The position numbers were made by a program, and so were the translations under genes. From Candidatus Hodarchaeota archaeon (lineage in GTDB: Archaea; Asgardarchaeota; Heimdallarchaeia; Hodarchaeales; Hodarchaeaceae): 34,139 nucleotides of DNA. Position 1 is the stretch's first letter. Each line of letters starts with the position of its first letter. The stretch is from assembly GCA_016839815.1 (NCBI GenBank), contig JAEOTM010000169.1, positions 1 through 34,139 on the forward strand, read 5' to 3'. A model generated the notes under the pieces. The model was given only the letters and a program-made list of their open reading frames with translations. It searched no databases and had not been told where the DNA came from. This document shows positions 10,043 to 19,051 of this stretch, in pieces.

Positions 10043-10119
10043 AGATATATTAACACAAGAAAATTCATAGAAAATGAAGTTGCTCATATATAAGATAAAT
10101 AAGAATATCTATAATTGAT

Positions 10120-10938
10120 CTATTCAATATCTCCTTCCGAGATTATCCTAGATAGATAATCACTTGCTTTCATTACTAGCGATTTTGCGTCTTCAGGAGT
10201 TTTACCGTTAGCTGATATGATCAGTTGAATGTTTTCTTCTTCCTGATAGGACTTTGGAAGGGATTTTATCCATACATCAAACTTATCCCTTATTTTTAAT
10301 AAAAACGGAGCTAGTAAAGACTCATCTGTAAAAGCTGTGAAAACCTCTATTTCATAATAATATGCTTTCTCCTCTTGACTGATTGACTCTAGTTCTGGAA
10401 TGATGTTTTTAAACATCGATTTCATCTCTTTCGGAACACCTGGTAAACAATAGAGCTTAACATTATTGATCGGGTCATTATATATTATACCAGGTGCTGT
10501 TCCAACAGGATTATGGAGAGTTTGTGTACCTACTGGAAGATAAGCCATTTTTTCCCTAGCTGGGGTTATATCAGCTGTCTCAACAAGCCCTTGTGCGTAT
10601 AATTCTTTATAACGTTGAGTAACGATAGCTAAAGCATCTGAATTTAAGACAGTAGGAACATCTAATGCTTCAGCTAAGAATACTGCGGTTGAGTCATCCC
10701 AAGTTGGCCCTAATCCACCTGTTATTATTATAACACTGTAATTTCCATTAGATAAAGCGTTTTTAATCTCAAAGGAAACAATTTCTTTTAAATCGGGAAG
10801 AGTAATGATTTTTAGTATCGAAAATCCGATTTGAGTCATTTCTTTAGCAAGATAGTTTGCATTCGTGTTTATTGTTTGTCCTGAAAGTAATTCATTTCCT
10901 ATCGAGATTAGTAGAGCATTAGCTGTGCTATTAGTCAA
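10120..10938 (-). CDS. cinA: CinA-like molybdopterin-binding (MoCF_biosynth) domain protein
   Basis: IGNELLSG, NTNA, TGGLGPTWDD, NPVGTAPG and LPGVPKEM. It lacks the C-terminal PncC domain. TTG start preceded by AGGTGA. Confidence 0.85.
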   Translation of the reverse strand: MTNSTANALLISIGNELLSGQTINTNANYLAKEMTQIGFSILKIITLPDLKEIVSFEIKNALSNGNYSVIIITGGLGPTWDDSTAVFLAEALDVPTVLNSDALAIVTQRYKELYAQGLVETADITPAREKMAYLPVGTQTLHNPVGTAPGIIYNDPINNVKLYCLPGVPKEMKSMFKNIIPELESISQEEKAYYYEIEVFTAFTDESLLAPFLLKIRDKFDVWIKSLPKSYQEEENIQLIISANGKTPEDAKSLVMKASDYLSRIISEGDIE

Positions 10939-11192
10939 TTATTTTCACCTTCAGATCAAGCCTTTACTTACCTGAATATTCTCAAGTCCGTATGAGCTGT
11001 AAGAAAGTTTCTTAATATTATTGAAAGAATTAACCGAGTTAAAAGTGTCTTAACTTGTTTTCATTCAGGTTATAAAAACTAGCCATTCTGTTCTTTTTGA
11101 ATGGAAAGTTATATTTTGACAATAATATTTTATTATTTAAGAACCTCCCAGCATAGAAATAATCAAAGGAGACTAGGTTCTAAATTTCTGGA

Positions 11193-14100
11193 ATGTTGAA
11201 TATCATGTCGTCGGAAGCATCAGAAGATTCTCTTGTATCTAAAAAAGATCTTCATGAATTGGGTGTTGTAGCAACAGAATTACGATCAATTGATCCCACA
11301 GTGCAGGTAATTTCGTCTTTAAACGAATCACAAAAATTAATTACACAGATTCAAAAACTAGAGAAAGATTTAACCACAGCAGGGTTCTTTAAGAAAAGAG
11401 GACTGAGTAAATCTCTCTCTCAGAAGAAAAACCAGTATAACAAAACTACAGAGAAGCTTTTGAATACAGTACTCGCAGGTTTTCGACGGATATACTTTGA
11501 TCTTGCGAAGAATATCAAAGAGATTGCTAAATTCGTACCTCAAGAGACCGAGGGTATAAAGAATATCCAAATTCCAAGTTTAGAAACAGCACTCGTTCTG
11601 AAATTTAGTAATTCAGTTTTAGCAATATATAATAAGGTAGCTGAAGTTCTCAAAGGGAAAAATATCTCCACATTGTTGTTTAATCGAGAAATCATAGAAT
11701 TATATGGAAAATTTGTAAATTTTGATGAAGAAAAGATCCGTATATCAAGTCAAACATCGAAAGCAAGTATCCATGTAATGACCATCTCAGACTTATTAGA
11801 ACTGTATAACAACTTAGAAGCAGAAAATGCTTATTTAAAACAGAGAAGGAAGGGAACAGAAGGGAAAATCCAAGCTGAAATTGTTCGTCTGGCATCAACA
11901 TTGCATCAACATCTTGGTACCATTTCTTCAATTGGTATACAACTCTCGAGTAATATTGAAACACTTCAATTGAATTTACAAGAAATTCAGAGTAATGCAG
12001 ATACAAGTACGTCAGTAGAAAAACTTATTGAGTTAGAAAAAAGAATTAGCAGTTTAAGAAACGAATTCATAAACTCTCTGCGTACCTATGAGATATCATT
12101 GAAAACAGAAACCGAGGATCAGATCGGACGGATAATTCAACTAATTGGTGATGATGAAATTGACCCTTCTATAGTTTCTGCACCACATATTGATGTTTCC
12201 GCCTCTGAAATACCTGTGATCATTCAAGATATTGAAAAAATACGTTCGTGGCATTCAAAATTAATCATTGCGCTGAAAAAACTTGTAAGTACTGCTGAGC
12301 TAATTAATGCGGCAAAAACTATGCAAGTAATGAAATTTCCTATTCCTGATGATTTTTTTAAAGATGTTAAAGCAATTGAGAAAGAGACTGAGAAAGCAAA
12401 CGAGCTTCAGATATGGGTGGAATTAGTAAAACAATATTATGATTTTAGATTTACACTTGCAGCAGAATGTCAGAGTTATTTCTTCAAAATGCTGGAAAAT
12501 CCTCACATTCAAGAAGCTATTAGTTTAACTGATGGGCCTCCGATTCCAACAGTAAAAGATTTTGAATCTCTTTCTCCAGGAGAATTAGTTGCAAAAGCTA
12601 GAGAAATTAAAGACTGGGAAGCTCGTCTAGTTGCCTATTTTTCGAAACCCGCTCAACAAAATATACGTCAGAATTTAATAAGTCTTTATGACACTCGTGA
12701 TAGTCTAAAAGACTTAATTTCTGACGATTTGAAAGAAGAAATAGATCGCTTACGTGATTATAAGAGCGAAGAGGAAAAAGAAGTAAAGGATTTGGTTAAA
12801 GAAATTGATTATCTAAACCAATTATCTTCCAACCTCCGACGAGAGATTTGGGTTGCAATTGACGGTGAGATTCATCCAATCGCCAACCATATTACTACAT
12901 TGGAAACTATTCCACCCAAACTCAAAGTACATGTTCCAAAATTGGAATTAGACGATTTAAAATCGATTAGAGAAGAAATAGAAATATCAACTCAGGATAA
13001 AGTCAAGAACTTGCTTGATGAATATGAAAAGATCACGATCTGGAAATATAAAGTATCGACCCGTATTCGTGAGAATATTAAAGGTATTTCATTTCCTTTG
13101 ATCCCCATAGAGACACGATTTGATTTAAGAGAAAAACGAAATGAAATTGTGAAATTGATCGATAGTCATGCTGAGATCGGAAATACTGAAGCGATAGTTA
13201 GAGAATATATTTCATTTTTAGAAACAATTGAGGAAATGAAGGTAGAGATTCTAGTAGAGATTAAAAATCAAATTGATGGATTAGAAGCCGTTGATAAACG
13301 ATTATTTAGACTGATGAAAACTGGAACTAGCAGTGTGAGCTATAGTTCAGAAAATGATCTTGAGAATTTAGATTACTCAGAGGCATTAACAGAATATTGG
13401 CAATTACTGTCATTCATTGATAGAAAGATATCCACACTTGTTGAATTAATGAATCGTGAAATTTCATCACATATGCAAGATTATTCTAAGTTACCACCTC
13501 AATATGCCACATTTTTTGAGGAACCTCTTGAGCTAATGAAAACAAAACTAGAAGAAATAAAAACTCACAAAGACGTTGTCAGATTAGTTGATAGTTATGA
13601 GAGTTACAGTCTTGAGAGTATGCAATTAGCAAAAGATTCACTAACGAAATTACATCAGAATCTGTATAATTGGTTGAGAGTCAGTCTTCCTCGAATTCAT
13701 GAAATCTCACCATTAAGCGATAGCGTTTTCGCAGCAGAGCAAAAAATCTATAACTTTCAACCAGAAGAAGTCTCACATGAAAGATTAGCACACAATTTAC
13801 GAGAATTGATTTACTTCTACGATACAGAAATTGTTGCTGTTCTTCTATCACATGGAGTGTCAGAATCACGACAAGTTCTTAAAGATGTTAATGACCTCAA
13901 AGACGTCGGTATTAACATTCTGGAGTACGTTGCAGGTTATATCGAAGTTTTTTCACAGGTAATAGTAAAACATCAAGATGATGTTCATCTAAGAGAGATT
14001 ACTGAGGTCTTCGTAGAAATTGATAAGTTACAAAACGATAATAATGCCTGCAACGCAATACGTACGACTGGTGAAAGATATATAGCCGAAATACAGGACA

Positions 14101-14714
14101 CTATTGAATATTTATTTAACTCTTTTCAGATTGATTTACGTTCAGAAGATCGAATTGACTTTGCATATTTAAGTGAATTCCAACGTATAGCTACCACTAA
14201 TCACGTTCATCATTTGACTCAGGCAATTATTAGATTGAGCCAGGTTCGAGCTGTAGTCGTTCAATTAATGAAAGTAATTGAGAAAGATCGGAATGCGAAC
14301 TTACAGACTAAGCTAGGAACATTAGACTATTATTCAAACATTCAAGAGGTCTTCAAAAAGTACTCTGATGAGGCATCAAAGAAAATATATCCTTTATCCA
14401 AATTGGTGGAAGATCGCGCCGAATTTATGAATTCACACGATTTAAGATTTTTATTAGATATGTTCCCAAAAATTGAAAGTCAACGAATGGAATGGGAGAG
14501 AGTATCAATTCAGTTGAATCGTTGGCATAGTGCTTTTCGGATGTTTAGAGCTCGATACTTGCCTGCAGAGAACCAAGAGGAGAATAAGAGGCAATTCAAG
14601 GAGATTTCAAAGAGAATCATGGATACTTATCCCCGAAATAAAGTAATCGGTGCATATTTATCTTTAGTAATGAAATTATTTATTGAAATTAAATCTGGTA
14701 TGGAACTAGAATAA
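11193..14714 (+). CDS. Large all-helical repeat/coiled-coil protein (1173 aa) of unknown function
   Basis: Long ORF rich in E/K/L/I with no TM segment or catalytic motif. Helical units of about 60-70 aa recur. Its stop is 14 bp from the tubulin-like gene. Confidence 0.8.
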   Translation: MLNIMSSEASEDSLVSKKDLHELGVVATELRSIDPTVQVISSLNESQKLITQIQKLEKDLTTAGFFKKRGLSKSLSQKKNQYNKTTEKLLNTVLAGFRRIYFDLAKNIKEIAKFVPQETEGIKNIQIPSLETALVLKFSNSVLAIYNKVAEVLKGKNISTLLFNREIIELYGKFVNFDEEKIRISSQTSKASIHVMTISDLLELYNNLEAENAYLKQRRKGTEGKIQAEIVRLASTLHQHLGTISSIGIQLSSNIETLQLNLQEIQSNADTSTSVEKLIELEKRISSLRNEFINSLRTYEISLKTETEDQIGRIIQLIGDDEIDPSIVSAPHIDVSASEIPVIIQDIEKIRSWHSKLIIALKKLVSTAELINAAKTMQVMKFPIPDDFFKDVKAIEKETEKANELQIWVELVKQYYDFRFTLAAECQSYFFKMLENPHIQEAISLTDGPPIPTVKDFESLSPGELVAKAREIKDWEARLVAYFSKPAQQNIRQNLISLYDTRDSLKDLISDDLKEEIDRLRDYKSEEEKEVKDLVKEIDYLNQLSSNLRREIWVAIDGEIHPIANHITTLETIPPKLKVHVPKLELDDLKSIREEIEISTQDKVKNLLDEYEKITIWKYKVSTRIRENIKGISFPLIPIETRFDLREKRNEIVKLIDSHAEIGNTEAIVREYISFLETIEEMKVEILVEIKNQIDGLEAVDKRLFRLMKTGTSSVSYSSENDLENLDYSEALTEYWQLLSFIDRKISTLVELMNREISSHMQDYSKLPPQYATFFEEPLELMKTKLEEIKTHKDVVRLVDSYESYSLESMQLAKDSLTKLHQNLYNWLRVSLPRIHEISPLSDSVFAAEQKIYNFQPEEVSHERLAHNLRELIYFYDTEIVAVLLSHGVSESRQVLKDVNDLKDVGINILEYVAGYIEVFSQVIVKHQDDVHLREITEVFVEIDKLQNDNNACNAIRTTGERYIAEIQDTIEYLFNSFQIDLRSEDRIDFAYLSEFQRIATTNHVHHLTQAIIRLSQVRAVVVQLMKVIEKDRNANLQTKLGTLDYYSNIQEVFKKYSDEASKKIYPLSKLVEDRAEFMNSHDLRFLLDMFPKIESQRMEWERVSIQLNRWHSAFRMFRARYLPAENQEENKRQFKEISKRIMDTYPRNKVIGAYLSLVMKLFIEIKSGMELE

Positions 14715-14728
14715 GAGGAAGATCAGAT

Positions 14729-16099
14729 ATGACAATGGAAGAAACAGAAAGCGAAATATTCGCTATAGGAATCGGAGAATGCGGTAGCAATCTTGTAGGC
14801 AGTTATCTTGCGAAATCTAAAAAGGGGGAACTTCCCCAAAGGATTCGTGAATATCTTGTCATGAATACCGATCGGGGAGATTTATTAAAAGCACGAAAGA
14901 AATATTCAATATCATCTAAACGAACTTTACTCTATTCAGATGCAGAAATAGGGGTTGGTGGAAAGTTCTCTGCTGGTTATGAGTCAGTCATTAACTCTGA
15001 AGATATTATCTTAAATCAGTTACAAGCATTGGGGTACGAAGGGATTAGTGGATTTTGTATCTTTACAAGTTTTGGAGGAGGAACTGGCTGTGGAGGTACT
15101 CCAGCCTTAATTCGATTATTGCGCAAAAGATTCGCGGAACAAGAGAAGCGAAAAATCTTCATTTATGTCTTTGGAGTTTTACCATTCGTAAATCAGTCTT
15201 CAGAAGCTGTGAATAGTGTATGGGCTTTATCCAAACTCCTTCGATTACAATTAGAAGAGGGAAACATGGGTCCAGATCTGATACTTCTTCTTTCAAATAA
15301 TACTATGTTGAGTCGCGTGCTAAGTATGCAAAGAGGAGAAGCAGCTGATTTGATCTCACGAGAAAAAGGACTTGATTTGACAGCTTTAGATAGTAATGTT
15401 ACGCGGCCAAATGTATTAGGCCAAACTGAAGCACCTCTTCCTGTTCAAATGGAAGAAGCATTTGTCGAACTGATTAATCCCTTAGCTCTCGAATCAATTG
15501 CAGAGATGTTATCACCTGGAGTTCCAGAACTAGGAAAAGAAGTTCTACCAACCACTGATATCGGAGATTTTGCGCTTAAATTGGATAGTGTTGTTGTACC
15601 AGCCATGTTCGATGATTTATCAATCTTTCCTGAAGTAGGTGATGTAGGGAATCAATTGGGAGCTGCGGTTGAGTATACTGCTGCTCATTGCAGTTTAACT
15701 AATATGGGAACAAACCCCGCAGCTTCATCAGTGTTTTCGGTATTAAGTGGACCTAAAGAAATCGCACGAGTTGAATATGATCCTCTGTTGAAAAAAGCGC
15801 TCAGTCCATTTTTAGCCAAGGGGGCAAGTATATCTCCCACTTATTGTGCATACGATGATGAAAAAGCACGAGCTTCTCTTTTATTATTATTTGGTCTTCC
15901 AAGGATACCAGAATTATACGATATATTGGAAGAGGCAAAATCCCTTATACGTTTACATAGTGGCGATTCAGAATTAAAACAGCACTGGTTTAAACGTTCA
16001 AAAGGTACAACAAAAGAAGAATTAGAAAATGCTGTAAACGATCTTGAAAAATTATTTGGTTATTATATTACTCCCGACCAAAACCAGGCAGGTAAATGA
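14729..16099 (+). CDS. Tubulin/FtsZ superfamily GTPase (divergent; CetZ/FtsZ-like core, tubulin-like C-terminal helices)
   Basis: T1 GIGECGSN, T2 NTD, T3 GVGG, signature T4 GGGTGCGG, LPF, T7-like TTDIGD and C-terminal HWF..G....E...A..D...L...Y. Confidence 0.9.
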   Translation: MTMEETESEIFAIGIGECGSNLVGSYLAKSKKGELPQRIREYLVMNTDRGDLLKARKKYSISSKRTLLYSDAEIGVGGKFSAGYESVINSEDIILNQLQALGYEGISGFCIFTSFGGGTGCGGTPALIRLLRKRFAEQEKRKIFIYVFGVLPFVNQSSEAVNSVWALSKLLRLQLEEGNMGPDLILLLSNNTMLSRVLSMQRGEAADLISREKGLDLTALDSNVTRPNVLGQTEAPLPVQMEEAFVELINPLALESIAEMLSPGVPELGKEVLPTTDIGDFALKLDSVVVPAMFDDLSIFPEVGDVGNQLGAAVEYTAAHCSLTNMGTNPAASSVFSVLSGPKEIARVEYDPLLKKALSPFLAKGASISPTYCAYDDEKARASLLLLFGLPRIPELYDILEEAKSLIRLHSGDSELKQHWFKRSKGTTKEELENAVNDLEKLFGYYITPDQNQAGK

Positions 16100-16143
16100 T
16101 TTAGATCCTTTGGTTAAGCAGGTAAAGAGGTAGTTTTATCACT

Positions 16144-17151
16144 ATGAATTTTAATGAAGATCAAGACCCGTTAAAAAATCCTTCTCCTAATCAGAGTACT
16201 CTTAGATTGTTAGAAGGTAAATTAGACTTCCTAATTAATTTAAATTTAACAAGTATGAATTTAATTATTGCTCTCTGTTCAAATATTAACGAGAGAGATA
16301 GGATTCCTGAGGGATTACGCAACGAGCTAAAAGCAATTCATTCTGCTTTACCTAATTTGTTAACCCTAAAGGAGACTAGGCCTGTTTTCATGAATCTTGT
16401 TGAATCATTAGACTCTAAGCTAATGGAAATCATTGGAACTTCTGCTTCTAATGAAGCTAGAGAACAAATTGATGATAGTCCAATTTTAAGAACCAGTAAT
16501 AAAGAAGTGATTAAAGGTTTCAATAGGTATGAGAGTTTGATTGATAAATGGGGAATAATTGAATCCATTGAATCATTAATGAATTCTTACGCCAATCTAT
16601 CAAACTTAGCATTCCCTACTTACTATCTTCATGGATGCAAAGAAATCCAGCGATATACCTTAACCCAAGAAATCCCAAATCCAAATTCCCATGAAATAAT
16701 TCAATTTCCATGTTTAAAAATTCGAGATTTAATTTTCAAACTGCTACGAGAAGCCCCAGCAGCGCGATTATTGCAGAATTTGAGAAAAATGTTTCCATTA
16801 CAAAATAAAATAGAAATAAGTACTGTAGAGGAATCAACTATTCACGAAATTGTGGAAAAGTATATTACGAGCACTTCGGATTTTCTCAATGGAAAACGAA
16901 CCCTTTCAGATACTGTACGCATAAGTTCTTCAGTTCTCCAGCAATATAATCTTGGACCTGGAGATTTGGAATCGAGAATCCCAAATGTGTCTTTTTCTGT
17001 TGTTAAAGATATCCAAAAAGAATTTCAACTTGCAAGAGGTAATGATTTCAGACAATTTATTTATTCAGAAACAATAGTACTGATTCATCGATTGAATGAT
17101 GCTATTCTGAATAATGATAGGTTTATTGTGCTATTACGGAGACTTAAATAA
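16144..17151 (+). CDS. Hypothetical helical protein downstream of the tubulin-like gene
   Basis: 335-aa ORF, 44 bp after the tubulin-like gene, with an SD-like GAGGT. It has an N-terminal heptad-like segment and no recognised family motif. Confidence 0.7.
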   Translation: MNFNEDQDPLKNPSPNQSTLRLLEGKLDFLINLNLTSMNLIIALCSNINERDRIPEGLRNELKAIHSALPNLLTLKETRPVFMNLVESLDSKLMEIIGTSASNEAREQIDDSPILRTSNKEVIKGFNRYESLIDKWGIIESIESLMNSYANLSNLAFPTYYLHGCKEIQRYTLTQEIPNPNSHEIIQFPCLKIRDLIFKLLREAPAARLLQNLRKMFPLQNKIEISTVEESTIHEIVEKYITSTSDFLNGKRTLSDTVRISSSVLQQYNLGPGDLESRIPNVSFSVVKDIQKEFQLARGNDFRQFIYSETIVLIHRLNDAILNNDRFIVLLRRLK

Positions 17152-17307
17152 TCCTCCAACCCTCTTTTCTTATCTCACGTATAAGTATCACTTTATATAA
17201 TTAGGGAAATATTGGTAAAAATAGAAAGCTTCTTGTAGATCCACCTTTAGTAAAATAATCAAATCCTGTCACCTTAAAATAGTGAGATAGAAGAGTGAAG
17301 TGAGAAC

Positions 17308-18186
17308 TTGGGAATCGAAGATAGCCTGAAACAAATTTATGATGTAAATGTAAAAATCTATCAAATGCTTCAACAGAGTCAGGATATTTCACAAATCCGA
17401 CAAGAGCTTGAAAGCTCAATTCGCAATTTTTCTGATGTTGCTATACAAATAGATGCTAAATTTCAAGAAAGTGCTCGAACGATCATTCGTCACGTTCAGG
17501 AATCATATGAGGGACTTAATCCTGAGATTCTTGCTTCGATAGCACAACTTCCTCCTGTTCTCGGTACATTGGAATCAACATTGAATGAGATAGAGACTAT
17601 CTTCAAAACTACTCAAGTAAAAATCGAAGAAGATTTGAATAAAATTAAAGCAGGATACGTTGATGACGTTGTGGGACGGATGAAAGATTTATCAGCAAAT
17701 TTAACTGGAATGATCCAAGTTTCTACAGAGAATACGCGTAATCAATATGCTGCAAGCATCGATAGCTTTGTATCAGTTTCAGATGACTTGAAAACAATGG
17801 AAAGTCATCTAAATTCTTTAATTGAGAACCAAACTGATCAACTAGCCACCGTTGCTGATCTACGTGATCGTGTAAGTGCGATAATTCAAGTAGAACTTGC
17901 TTCTTTACGTGATCATATCAATATTAATCTCGAGAATTCTGTGAATGAACTTAAAACATCCGTTACCGAGCGTTTAATGGTACAAGATGGCACTATTCAG
18001 AGATTATCTCAATCCGTTGATAAATTGAATGAATCAGTTTCTAGTTTACCTGAAGTGATTAAAGGAGAGATCAATCTAGCGGTGGATACGAAATTGATTA
18101 GTACAATTGAAAAAATGGAAAAAGAGAACAGAAAAACCACAGCTCTTGTTGTAAATTTAATAAGAAAACTACAAGAAGATTCTTGA
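17308..18186 (+). CDS. Coiled-coil protein
   Basis: 292 aa of nearly continuous amphipathic helix with no TM segment. TTG start; TATA-like TTTATATAA at 17192-17200. Confidence 0.7.
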   Translation: MGIEDSLKQIYDVNVKIYQMLQQSQDISQIRQELESSIRNFSDVAIQIDAKFQESARTIIRHVQESYEGLNPEILASIAQLPPVLGTLESTLNEIETIFKTTQVKIEEDLNKIKAGYVDDVVGRMKDLSANLTGMIQVSTENTRNQYAASIDSFVSVSDDLKTMESHLNSLIENQTDQLATVADLRDRVSAIIQVELASLRDHININLENSVNELKTSVTERLMVQDGTIQRLSQSVDKLNESVSSLPEVIKGEINLAVDTKLISTIEKMEKENRKTTALVVNLIRKLQEDS

Positions 18187-18190
18187 CGCT

Positions 18191-18961
18191 TTACACTGCG
18201 ATACTTACTCGTTCGAAATTATATGCTTCAAAAACTCCTTTGCGTGCCAATAATTTTAATAATTCAAATATCTCCTGACTTCGATCAGTACCAAAACGTT
18301 CTATACAATCTTGAAAAGATATCATACTACCTCTTTCTTCAATATCTTCAATTAAATGGTCTATCTCGTCGACTACAATAGCTTTCATTTTTTGTTTAAC
18401 CTCTGGATAGTCACGATAAAACGAGTACGTCTTGATGCCTCTTGGTGTGAGTTCAAATAAGAGAGATCTCGGATACTTAAGATATTCATTTAAACTTGCA
18501 TATTGTTGTTGATAAATCCGAGACATCTTATCGCGAAAGAAACGAGTATTGATGAGTGTTTCTAGCCCAAGGAATGCATTTTTTCTAAAAATTGGATCGC
18601 TTAATTGTTCACCGTATTTTTCTTCAACCTCTTTTATAATATCTCGAAGCTGGCGACGGAGTGTGTATTCGTCTCGTTCCTCATTATCTTTATCTAAGAT
18701 CCCAAAACAAATGGCATTAACTCTATTTCCTTGTTCTAGAATCATTCTTGTTCCTTCAGTATCTTTTCCATCACCTTCTTTGTCTTCACGAAATCCGACT
18801 GTCTGTAAAACATTCTCTGACATGACTTCTTTTCCAAAAGTCTGTAAAGCAAGAATCAGGCTACTTACCATATCTTGATCACGGTCTGTAGATTCAAAGG
18901 ATTGATTATAAATATTAAATCCTTCATCAGTAATGAAATAAACTGCTTTGAGACGAACCAT
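18191..18961 (-). CDS. Longin-like domain protein with possible C-terminal winged helix
   Basis: LKAVYFITDEGFNIY...DQDMVSSLILALQTFGKEV is the beta-hairpin plus helix start of longin domains. C-terminal IFELLKLLARKGVFE is wHTH-like. Confidence 0.6.
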   Translation of the reverse strand: MVRLKAVYFITDEGFNIYNQSFESTDRDQDMVSSLILALQTFGKEVMSENVLQTVGFREDKEGDGKDTEGTRMILEQGNRVNAICFGILDKDNEERDEYTLRRQLRDIIKEVEEKYGEQLSDPIFRKNAFLGLETLINTRFFRDKMSRIYQQQYASLNEYLKYPRSLLFELTPRGIKTYSFYRDYPEVKQKMKAIVVDEIDHLIEDIEERGSMISFQDCIERFGTDRSQEIFELLKLLARKGVFEAYNFERVSIAV

Positions 18962-19051
18962 CCGATTTCTGGTCTCCTAGGTTTCTCGAGGTTTTTCGCT
19001 ACAATTGATTATTAGTACGTATGGATATTAAAACACCTCCCTTAAATCTTT

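Noticed and set aside
11193-14714. SMC/Rad50 or dynamin-like identity for the large helical protein
   Set aside because: No Walker A/B, ABC signature, zinc hook or GTPase motif is visible.
14729-16099. Calling the gene ftsZ, cetZ or a bona fide tubulin
   Set aside because: The motifs are mixed and there is no FtsZ-type C-terminal linker and peptide. A phylogeny is needed before assigning a symbol.
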